Assembly: GCF_006345805.1 (NCBI RefSeq)
Contig: NW_021827675.1
Location: 1-9,913 of the forward strand
Direction of reading: 5' to 3'
DNA length: 9,913 bases
From: Octopus sinensis
Lineage: Eukaryota
The translations under genes were made by a program, and so were the position numbers. Shown piece by piece: positions 1-8,024 of the stretch (positions are counted from its first letter, which is position 1; every line of letters starts with the position of its first letter). The notes below the pieces were generated by a model, which was not told the DNA's origin, ran no database searches, and worked only from the letters and a program-made list of their open reading frames with translations.

Positions 1-22
1 TTATCACACAGCCACTCCTGCA
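1..22 (-). mobile_element. 5' head of CORE-like tRNA-SINE (family C); rest lies outside the window
   Basis: ttatcacacagccactcctgca matches the right-hand ends of copies at 8466-8485 and ~9680-9700 (ttaccacacagccactcctgc). Confidence 0.8.
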
Positions 23-24
23 CT

Positions 25-71
25 TATATACATATATAAATAAATAAATAAATAAATAAATAAATATATAA

Positions 72-107
<36 letters not shown>
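25..107. repeat. Compound microsatellite (TAAA)n-(TA)n-(TG)n
   Basis: Direct reading. Confidence 0.95.
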
Positions 108-145
108 TGGGTTATCTTTGTATTTCTATTTATCCCTGAAATTGT

Positions 146-336
146 TTGACAACCAGCGTTGGTTTCTTACGTCCCCGTAACTTAGCAGCTCAGCAATAAG
201 AAACCGATAGAATAAGTACCAGACTTTAAAACTATGAACTGATTTCGGTTTGTTTGTCTAAAACTTCTCAAGATGATGCCCCGGCGTGGCCGCAGTTCAG
301 TGAATGAGTTAAGTAAAGGAGAAAAAGATAAAAGAT
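146..336 (+). mobile_element. Diverged 3' domain related to SINE family C, without tRNA head
   Basis: ttgacaacc...acgtccccgtaacttagc...accgatagaataagtac...tggccgcagt aligns by eye to 6614-6784; ends in an aaagataaaagata tail. Confidence 0.8.
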
Positions 337-381
337 ATACACCAACAATGAAAGATTGGTTAAAACATCACAGCTTGGTTA

Positions 382-430
382 ATGATCACAGGTCTGTTCC
401 ATGTGAGTTGACCTGGGGTTAAATAACAAC
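382..430 (+). mobile_element. Short retroposon-like 3' fragment with (AAC)-type tail
   Basis: ggtctgttc...gttgacctggggttaaataacaac; an inverted homologue lies at ~970-1045. Confidence 0.45.
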
Positions 431-969
431 GTATTCACCCGCAACGGGATTAGGAACAAAGATTATATTCTAAACACTAAAGCAATACAGATCCGGAGCA
501 ATTTGGCACATGAGAGGCGGTTGAGAATACTTTAAACCAATATTTTTTAACGATTTTCCTCTAGATCTTACCACGTATTTTAAAAGTTCATCACGCCGTA
601 TACAACAAACCCTATTTATTGCATAACATTAACGACCTTAACTTAATTGCATATTATTGCATAATATTAAAACAACCTTATATCAATTTAAAATTAGCTT
701 TCTTAAAAAATCTACATTACGAAGAGTAAATTCAACAAAAACTGCATGAGTAAGGATGAAGAATTTTTCAATTTAAATTATCCCTTATAGTATCGTTAAA
801 TTTACTCCCTTAAGGTAAAATTTCCCCTATGTTAAGACTCACTGGTTTAAATCATTGTAAAATTATGCAAATTTTCTAATTATTCCCTTAATATCAGGTT
901 TACGATTACACAAGATGATTAGAATTATCGCTGTAAAGTATATAGCTACGGAAATGGCATTAAAAAAGC

Positions 970-1045
970 TATTATTGTTTAACCCCAAGTCAACATTGGT
1001 TGAGAAGACCACCGACCGAATGTGTTCCAGCTATGACCATCACAT
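970..1045 (-). mobile_element. Second copy of the short retroposon-like 3' fragment, opposite orientation
   Basis: tttaaccccaagtcaac (978-994) is the reverse complement of gttgacctggggttaaa (407-423) with 1 mismatch; weaker similarity continues outward. Confidence 0.45.
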
Positions 1046-1122
1046 TTACTAAAGATATTTTCAACTATGTTCTTCAATATGGGCTTTTTTTCCTGTTTCA
1101 TTTAATCAGTATGATATATTTC

Positions 1123-1242
1123 GAGGGAGATTTGGGTACAATTTCTAACAAACTGAGCGACGACATTGGGACTTATTCGTGGTGTCACATTTATGGTATA
1201 TTTAGAGGAAGATTCGGGTGCTATTTCTAACAAATTGAGGGA
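1123..1242 (+). repeat. Imperfect 38-bp direct repeat, two copies 82 bp apart
   Basis: gagggagatttgggtacaatttctaacaaactgagcga (1123-1160) vs gaggaagattcgggtgctatttctaacaaattgaggga (1205-1242); 32/38 identical by manual alignment. Confidence 0.8.
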
Positions 1243-1559
1243 AGTATTTATCATTAATGTCAAAATTTCGAGATTTCAAGGTCTTTACGGGGCAAAATTT
1301 TCAAAGATTTCCTCTACAACAATGGTATAATTATTGATATCAGATGACAATTAATTTTGTGCGCTGAATTAGTATTATACTCACTGAGATTATAAGTTTT
1401 CAGTTTTATTAAGATTATCTTGGGATGATCTTAATTAAGACGTCTTGATGTGAGTGGTAGTTTTACTAATTAATTAGAATTATGTCAGCAGTTTCTTTGT
1501 GAATATAAAATATCGAATGAAATAAATATAATCTTGAATATTGATACACCACACAAAGA

Positions 1560-1772
1560 GGCGGCGGGCTGGCCGAAACGTTAGCACTCCGAACGAAATG
1601 CTTCGCGATATTTCGTCCTTACGTTCTGAGTTCAAATTCCGCCTAGGTCGACTTTGCCTTTCATCGTTTCGAGGTCGATAGATTAAGTACCAGTTGCGTA
1701 CTGGGATCGATCTAATCGACTGGCCCCATCTCCAAATTTTCGGGCCCTGGGGCCTTGAGTAGAAAAGAATAT
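1560..1772 (+). mobile_element. tRNA-derived SINE family B, copy 1
   Basis: GC-rich head with A-box-like ggctggccgaaacgtt and B-box-like gagttcaaattcc (1628-1640); body gtcgactttgcctttcatc...gtcgata...taagtacc; tail agaaaagaatat; second copy immediately downstream. Confidence 0.85.
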
Positions 1773-1787
1773 CTAAACAAATCCGAG

Positions 1788-2005
1788 GGCGGGCGAGCTG
1801 GCAGAATCGTTAGCACACCGGGCGAAATGCTTAGATGTATTTTGTTTGTCTTAACGTTCTGAGGTCAAATTCCGCCGAGGTCGACTTTGCTTTTCATCCT
1901 TTCGGGATCGATAAATTAAGTAACAGTTACGCACTGGGGTCGATATAATCAACTGGCTCCTTCCCCCAAAATTTCGGGCTTGGTGCCTAGAGTAGCAAAG
2001 AATAT
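1788..2005 (+). mobile_element. tRNA-derived SINE family B, copy 2
   Basis: Colinear with 1560-1772 along its full length, with several substitutions and small indels. Confidence 0.85.
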
Positions 2006-2323
2006 CTAAACAACACCTTATAAATTCATAAGGGTTGATTGATTTAGTAAGTTGATGACTAAATTTTGTTTTGCTATGCAAATAAGAGAAATCAATCGTA
2101 AGCATTTTCCTCGCAAAGTCATACTGACAAATTAGGCAGCTATAATGATCTTACAAAAATGCATTATTAGTTGCAAAGGGGAAGATATTAGAACTGGGTG
2201 TCCGTTGAAACTCTACAAAGATCACCTTGAAAATGCTAAAAGTACGTTTAATTTTTCTTAGTGTTTTGTTTATGTCTGTATGTACGCGAATGTGCATGTT
2301 TTCATTTTTAATGTATACGTGAT

Positions 2324-2414
2324 TATATGTGATATATATACATATATGATTATATACATATGTGATTATATATAAGTGTGCGTGCGTGTGTGTGTGTGTG
2401 TGTGTGTATGTATG
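2324..2414. repeat. (TA)n/(TG)n microsatellite
   Basis: Direct reading. Confidence 0.9.
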
Positions 2415-2532
2415 TCTGTAATATTGCGCGGCATAGGTACGTAGATCAAAAGTTTCCAAAAGACATTTATGATGACGTAAAAGCGCCAAAATATGGTCTA
2501 AAATATATAACTTTGTAGTGTGTCTTTGTACG

Positions 2533-2592
2533 TCTCTCTCTCTCTATATATATATATATACATACATACACGCACACACGCACGCACACACA

Positions 2593-2634
<42 letters not shown>

Positions 2635-2705
2635 CATATACACGCTTACTTACACACACATATATATTTGATATCTCTCTATATATGTCTAAAGATATCT
2701 ATGTC
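2533..2705. repeat. Compound (TC)n-(TA)n-(CA)n microsatellite
   Basis: Direct reading. Confidence 0.9.
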
Positions 2706-2785
2706 TATGTACATATACGCGCACATTTTACTAATAGTCCATCGACAATATCCTTGGTGGTATCTTGTCAATGAACATAGTTGAG

Positions 2786-2880
2786 GCTCTCTTTGCTCTC
2801 TCTCTCCTCTCTCTCTCTCTCTCTGTATATATATATGTATGTATATATGTATGTATGTATGTATATATATTATATATATC

Positions 2881-2923
<43 letters not shown>

Positions 2924-2934
2924 ATTATATATAT

Positions 2935-2965
<31 letters not shown>
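2786..2965. repeat. Compound (CT)n-(TA)n-(TATG)n microsatellite
   Basis: Direct reading. Confidence 0.9.
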
Positions 2966-3173
2966 TAAAAAAAGGAACAAAGAAGTGACCGAACCGACGA
3001 ATCGGACGAACCTGATGCGGGCGCTGTCAGACAATAAGGTGATAATTAAAAAATATGCATATATACTCACGTATAATTATTTATATGTGCATGTATATAT
3101 CCATGTAGAGTGTACGTACATCTTGTTTGTATGTATGCATATATTTTTATTTATCACCTATTAGAATATAATG

Positions 3174-4967
3174 TCTTTTTGGTGTCCTGTACACATATGC
3201 GTGTATATGTACATGTAGAGGTAGGTACGTACATATATGTTTATATATATGCATATGTTCTATTTTATTAACATATTATACGACTAAACGCACGCACCCT
3301 ATTTAAGTAAGATTGTTCTGTTTATCAAGTTAGCCTTGATATTAACTCTCACGCGACTCTGCATCTTTCTTTCTTTCTCTCCCATTCCCTTTTTCGTTTT
3401 TTTTCCCTCACTTAACTTGTCTCTTCCTCTCTCTCTCATTCTTCATTCTCTCTCTCCTTTCACCATTCTTCATGGTCTCCTCGCACCATTCCCCTTCTTC
3501 TCTCTTCCCCTTGCTCCTCCTCCCCCATTCCCGTCGTCCATCTGCGACGATACTTCCGTCGTACTGCTATCCTGTCTTTTCTCGCCCGCCTTCTAAGGCT
3601 ACTGGTCGACATTTTTTTCTCTCTCGTCGTCCACTATAATCCAGCGTTTGCAATACTTTTTTCGTCTGGCGTTAACAGCCCTTCTTATTTGTTCTCCTTG
3701 TCCTGTCTCTCACTGTTATATATTTATTTTTCCACTGTTTTATATATATATTTTTACTGTTTATATGTTTGTACTGTCGTTACCGTCTTGCTTTTTTACC
3801 CCTCTGCGAAAAGATCTCAGAATTTTAATTGATTTGCTTTTCGCAGAAGGAAGCTTTCTCGAAGTATACGTCTCGCTTTTATCCTTCGAAACGTTAGTAG
3901 ATGAAACCTTAGCGACTGAAGAAGGGTTTTTCGTTGTGCTTATTGTCCTGTATCTCTCTTTTTTGCTTGTCTTGTTCCTTGGTTTGTGTCTATGTTTTTC
4001 GTCCTCTATGTGTTCGACGTCTTTTTGTGTCCTGTACACATATATGCGTGTATATGTACATGTAGAGGTAGGTACGTACATATATGTTTTATATATATGC
4101 ATATGTTCTATTTATTACATATTATACGACTAAACGCACGCACCCTATTAAGTAAGATTGTTCTGTTTATCAAGTTAGCCTTGATATTAACTCTCACGCG
4201 ACTCTGCATCTTTCTTTCTTTCTCTCCCATTCCCTTTTTCGTTTTGTTTCCCCTCACTTAACTTGTCTCTTCCTCTCTTCTCATTCTTCATTCTCTCTCT
4301 CCCTTTCACCATTCTTCATGGTCTCCTCGCACCCTTCCCCTTCTTCTCTCTCTTCCTCTTGCTCTCTCCCCCATTCCCGTCGTCCATCTGCGACGATACT
4401 TCCGTCGTAACTGCTATCCTGTCTTTTCTCGCCCGCCTTCTAAGGCTACTGGTCGACATTTTTTCTCTCTCGTCGTCCACTATAATCCAGCGTTTGCAAT
4501 ACTTTTTTCGTCTGGCGTTAACAGCCCTTCTTATCTTGTTCTCCTTGTCCTGTCTCTCACTGTTATATATTTATTTTTCCACTGTTTTATATATATTTTT
4601 TTACTGTTTATATGTTTGTACTGTCGTTACCGTCTTGCTTTTTTTACCCCTCTGCGAAAAGATCTCAGAATTTTAATTGATTTGCTTTTCGCAGAAGGAA
4701 GCTTTCTTCGAAGTATACGTCTCGCTTTTATCCTTCGAAACGTTAGTAGATGAAACCTTAGCGACTGAAGAAGGGGTTTTTTCGTTGTGCTTATTGTCCT
4801 GTATCTCTTTTTTTGCTTGTCTTGTTCCTTGGTTTGTGTCTATGTTTTTCGTCTCTCTATGTGTTCGACGTCTTTTGGTGTCCTGTACACATATATGCGT
4901 GTATATGTACATGTAGAGGTAGGTACGTACATATATGTTTATATTATGCATATGTTCTATTTTATTA

Positions 4968-4973
<6 letters not shown>
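3174..4973 (+). repeat. Head-to-tail tandem array of an ~848-bp unit, ~2.1 copies
   Basis: Anchor gtgtcctgtac at 3182, 4027 and 4878 (offsets 845 and 851); internal anchor tctgcgaaaag at 3803 and 4651 (offset 848). The third copy breaks off into (TA)n near 4973. Confidence 0.95.
3174..4973 (+). mobile_element. Possible Penelope-like pseudo-LTR or non-autonomous retrozyme-like origin of the tandem unit
   Basis: Partial-tandem architecture, TATA-like tatttaag (3300-3307), pyrimidine-rich tract, hammerhead-type segments cttcgaaacgtt and ctgaagaagg. No RT or GIY-YIG coding remnant recognised. Confidence 0.4.
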
Positions 4974-4999
<26 letters not shown>

Positions 5000-5021
5000 C
5001 ATATATATATATATATATATA

Positions 5022-5063
<42 letters not shown>

Positions 5064-5230
5064 CCATACATATATATATATTCTATATATATATTATATT
5101 ATATATATATATACATACATATATATAATCACTATATATATAATTATATATATATATCATACATATTAATATTTATATATATAATATAATATATATTATA
5201 TATATTATATATATATATAACATACACATA
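4967..5230. repeat. Long interrupted (TA)n microsatellite
   Basis: Direct reading. Confidence 0.95.
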
Positions 5231-5417
5231 TGCATACTGTGAGCGAGAGACAGAGAGAATTATTGACACACAGATCGTGTATATGTGTGTTTGTGCATGT
5301 GCCAGGGTATGTATGAAAGTATGTGGGTATGTACGAATTGTTGTTATTGATATTGTTGTGTGTATGTGCGCGCTCTCTCACGTTGGCATGTCGTTATACA
5401 GTATTTAGGTTTAGCAG

Positions 5418-5526
5418 ACACACACACATACACACACAGACACACACACACACATACACAGACACACACACACACATACACACACACACACACAGACACA
5501 CACAGACACACACACAGACACACACA

Positions 5527-5557
<31 letters not shown>
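5418..5557. repeat. (CA)n microsatellite with CAGA/CATA interruptions
   Basis: Direct reading. Confidence 0.95.
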
Positions 5558-5737
5558 TGACTAGAAATATCAAGAGAATGCTTTCGCATATCCTAAAAGT
5601 ATGCGACATTGTTAGAAGAACATTTGGAATGTTAGAAAGAAAGTGAATGAAGAAATGGGGAAGTCAGGTATCTCTCGAGTTATACATGTGTATATGTGAT
5701 ACATGTTGGCGTCTGTCTGTGTCTACTCACATGTGGT

Positions 5738-6095
5738 GGAGGCGCAATGGCCCAGTGGTTAGGGCAGCGGACTCGCGCACATAGGATCGCGGATTCGAAT
5801 CCCCAGACCGGGCGTTGTGAGTGTTTATTCAGCGAAAACACCTACAGCTCCACGAGGCTCCGGCAGGGGATGGTGGTGATCCCTGCTGTACTCTTTCACC
5901 ACAACTTTCTCTCACTCTTACTTCCTGTTTCTGTTGTACCTCTATTTCAAGGGGCCGGCCTTGTCACTCTCTGTTCACTGATATCCCCGAACTACGTTAA
6001 GGTGCACGTGTCTGTGGAGTGCTCAGCCACTTACACGTTAATTTCACAAGCAGGCTGTTCCGTTGATTCGGATCAACCGGAACCCTCGTCGTCGT
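5738..6095 (+). mobile_element. tRNA-derived SINE family A, apparently full length
   Basis: A box tggcccagtgg (5748-5758), B box ggattcgaatccc (5791-5803), ~290-bp non-tRNA body, 3' stem-loop gttgat-tcgg-atcaac (6062-6077), short (GTC)n-type tail. Confidence 0.8.
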
Positions 6096-6158
6096 GTTAT
6101 GATGGACCATGTGGAGTAACTGTGTATTTATGTGCCTATGTGTTTCTATGTATGCCAT

Positions 6159-6267
6159 TATTAAGTTTTATTTCTAGCTTTCTTGCCAATAGAGAAAAAG
6201 CCGATTTCTAGCCTAGATCCAAAGCTCCTTCATTGGAATTCAACATCAGAAACAGTATTTTTGCTTG
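6159..6267 (-). mobile_element. 3'-terminal fragment of a repeat, probably an RLE-LINE 3' UTR end
   Basis: Diverged copy of 7101-7210 (ttcttgccaatagagaaa...ctccttcattggaatt...caacatca). On the minus strand it ends gaaataaaacttaataa and runs into degenerate CATA repeats. Confidence 0.65.
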
Positions 6268-6280
6268 TACGAATGTATGC

Positions 6281-6440
6281 GTAGGAGTGACTGTGTGGTA
6301 AGTAGCTTCCTTACGAACCACATAGTTCCGGGTTCAGTCCCACTGCGTGACACCTTGAGCAAGTGTCTTCTACTATAGCCTCGGGCCAACCAAATCCTTG
6401 TGAGGGATTTGGTAGACGAAACTGAAAGAACTCGTCGATA

Positions 6441-6511
<71 letters not shown>

Positions 6512-6784
6512 GGTGTGTGTGTGTGTGTGTATGTCGTGTGTGTGGTGTGTGTGTGTGTGTGGTGTGTGTGTGTGTGTGTGTGTTTGTGCTTGTGTTCATC
6601 CCGCCAACATGGCTTGACAACCGATGCTGGTGTGTTTAGGTCCCCGTAAACTAGCGGTTCGGCAAAACAGACCGATAGAATAAGTACTAGGCTTACAAAA
6701 AATAAGTCCTGGGTTTGATTTGCTCGACTAAAAGGCGTTGCTCTAGCATGGCCGCAGTCAAATAACTGAAACAAGTAAAAGAGT
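6281..6784 (+). mobile_element. CORE-like tRNA-SINE family C, copy 1
   Basis: A-box-like tgactgtgtgg (6288-6298), B-box-like ggttcagtcc (6331-6340), gtgacaccttgagcaagt resembling the CORE/MIR motif gtgaccttgggcaagt, internal (TA)/(TG) tract ~6438-6590, conserved 3' domain, aagtaaaagagt tail. Confidence 0.9.
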
Positions 6785-7096
6785 ATGTATGTATGTATGT
6801 ATGTATGTTTGTATGTACGTTTGTATGTACGTGTGTATATATGAATGTATGTATGTATGTATGTATGTATGTATGTATGTATGTACGTGTGTATATATGT
6901 ATGTATGTATGTATTATGTATGTATGCATGTATGTATGTATGTACGTATGTATGTACGTGTGTATATATAAATTTATGTATGTATGTATGTACGTGTGTA
7001 TATATTTATTTATGTATGTATGTATGTATGTATGTATGTATGTATGTATGTATGTATGTATGTATTTATCGATCAATCTGCATATATGTATGTATG
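6785..7096. repeat. Long interrupted (TATG)n tetranucleotide array
   Basis: Direct reading. Confidence 0.95.
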
Positions 7097-7236
7097 TCTT
7101 TATTCAGTTTATTTCAAGATTTCTTGCCAATAGAGAAAGAGCCGGTTTCTGACCTAGATTCAAGGCTCCTTCATTGGAATTTCAACATCAACAACAGGGT
7201 ATTTTTGTTTGCATGTACGTATATAAGTATATATGT

Positions 7237-7644
7237 ACTCTTTACTCTTTACTCTTTTACTTGTCTCAGTCAGTTGACTGCGGCCATGCTGGAGCACCGC
7301 CTTTTAGTCGAGCAAATCGACCCCGGAACTTATTCTTTGTAAGCCCAGTACTTATTCTATCGGTCTCTTTTGCCGAACCGCTAAGTGACGGGGACATAAA
7401 CACACCAGCATCGGTTGTCAAGCAATGCTAGAGGGACAAACACAGACACACAAACATATACACACACATGCATACATATATATACATATATACGACAGGC
7501 TTCTTTCGGTTTCTGTCTACCAAATCCACTCACAAGGCATTGGTCGGCCCGAGGCTATAGCAGAAGACACTTGTCCAAGATGCCACGCAGTGGGACTGAA
7601 CCCAGAACCATGTGGTTGGTAGGCAAGCTACTTACCACACAGCC
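7237..7644 (-). mobile_element. CORE-like tRNA-SINE family C, copy 2
   Basis: Reverse-complement match to 6281-6784; repeated actcttt(t) tail at 7237-7260; lacks the first ~8 nt of the head. Confidence 0.92.
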
Positions 7645-7760
7645 GTACATGTATATATGTTTACACAAATATATATCTACATGTGTAGATTTGCATGTTT
7701 TGTTTTACTATGTATTCTCATGCAAATAGTTGTATATCTAGTTATACTCATTTACATATA

Positions 7761-7961
7761 AATGATAAACTGATGGAAAGTTTTCCAAAATTTTACAGTT
7801 CCAGTGATGGATTAGACATATTGCTTTCTCCTTTCTGGTTTTGAGAAGCCTAATTACTCAAGATTGGTATTTAGGCAGTGTGTTACATATCCCAGGGCCC
7901 CAATAATTACAAGTATAAACCTGGACTTGTAATCTGGATAGAGTAACTGCAGATTTCTCAA
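7761..7961 (-). pseudogene. Degraded C-terminus of an RLE-LINE ORF (endonuclease region)
   Basis: Manual translation 7961->7761: LRNLQLLYPDYKSRFILVIIGALGYVTHCLNTNLE*LGFSKPERRKQYV*SITGTVKFWKTFHQFII, with stops at 7856-7854 and 7814-7812. The IIGALG...LG...GT.K..KTF ending resembles R4/Dong/Rex6 ORF termini. Not in the supplied ORF track. Confidence 0.75.
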
Positions 7962-7978
7962 GATTTCTGCAGATTTCT

Positions 7979-8020
7979 ATGTATGTATGTATGTATGTAT
8001 GTATGTATGTATGTATGTAT
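7979..8020. repeat. Pure (TATG)n array
   Basis: Direct reading. Confidence 0.95.
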
Positions 8021-8024
8021 GAAT

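Larger units (their letters stand above)
7101..7978 (-). mobile_element. 5'-truncated RLE-type (R4/Dong-like) LINE: ORF C-terminus plus 3' UTR, interrupted by a SINE
   Basis: ORF remnant at 7961->7761 (see pseudogene entry). AT-rich UTR continues to ~7645, the SINE occupies 7237-7644, and the co-oriented terminal segment is 7101-7236. Joining the two halves is inference. Confidence 0.65.

Noticed and set aside
407-994. MITE defined by 17-bp terminal inverted repeats
   Set aside because: No target-site duplication, and arm homology continues outward, which fits two retroposon tails better.
1000-1230. 76-aa ORF
   Set aside because: It spans a repeat fragment and the 38-bp direct repeat; no homology recognised and no convincing splice context.
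1123-1242. CRISPR-like repeat-spacer-repeat
   Set aside because: Only two imperfect repeats, eukaryotic context, no cas genes.
2473-2490. Adjacent CRE-like tgacgtaa and E2F-like gcgccaaa motifs
   Set aside because: Short motifs between microsatellites with no promoter, TSS or conservation evidence.
2151-3164. HT/YI/CV-rich ORFs in the track (also 4673-5646, 6246-7622, 7958-8676, 9472-9783)
   Set aside because: They are stop-free translations of microsatellites and SINE bodies, with no protein-like composition.
3761-4102. 113-aa K/S/T-rich minus-strand ORF and overlapping hydrophobic plus-strand ORFs
   Set aside because: Composition follows from the T-rich strand skew, and the frame is not preserved in the second tandem unit (indels).
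5560-5646. Peptide [21 protein letters not shown] faintly resembling a Harbinger transposase motif
   Set aside because: Too short and weak, with no catalytic residues or flanking support; a profile search would be needed.
5738-5812. Possible genuine tRNA gene
   Set aside because: A and B boxes are present, but I cannot form a proper acceptor stem or cloverleaf, there is no oligo-T terminator, and it continues into a SINE body.
5696-6211. 171-aa ORF, the longest in the window
   Set aside because: It lies almost entirely over SINE family A plus flanks; no recognisable domain.
7135-7185. Hammerhead-like ccaatga...gaaaccgg on the minus strand of the LINE 3' end (also ~6195-6240)
   Set aside because: The core reads CCAAUGA in both copies, losing invariant U4/G5, and there is no stem I.
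865-7727. Several ATGCAAAT octamer matches (~865, ~2077, ~7669 reverse, ~7720)
   Set aside because: An AT-rich 8-mer expected by chance; two matches fall inside the LINE UTR.
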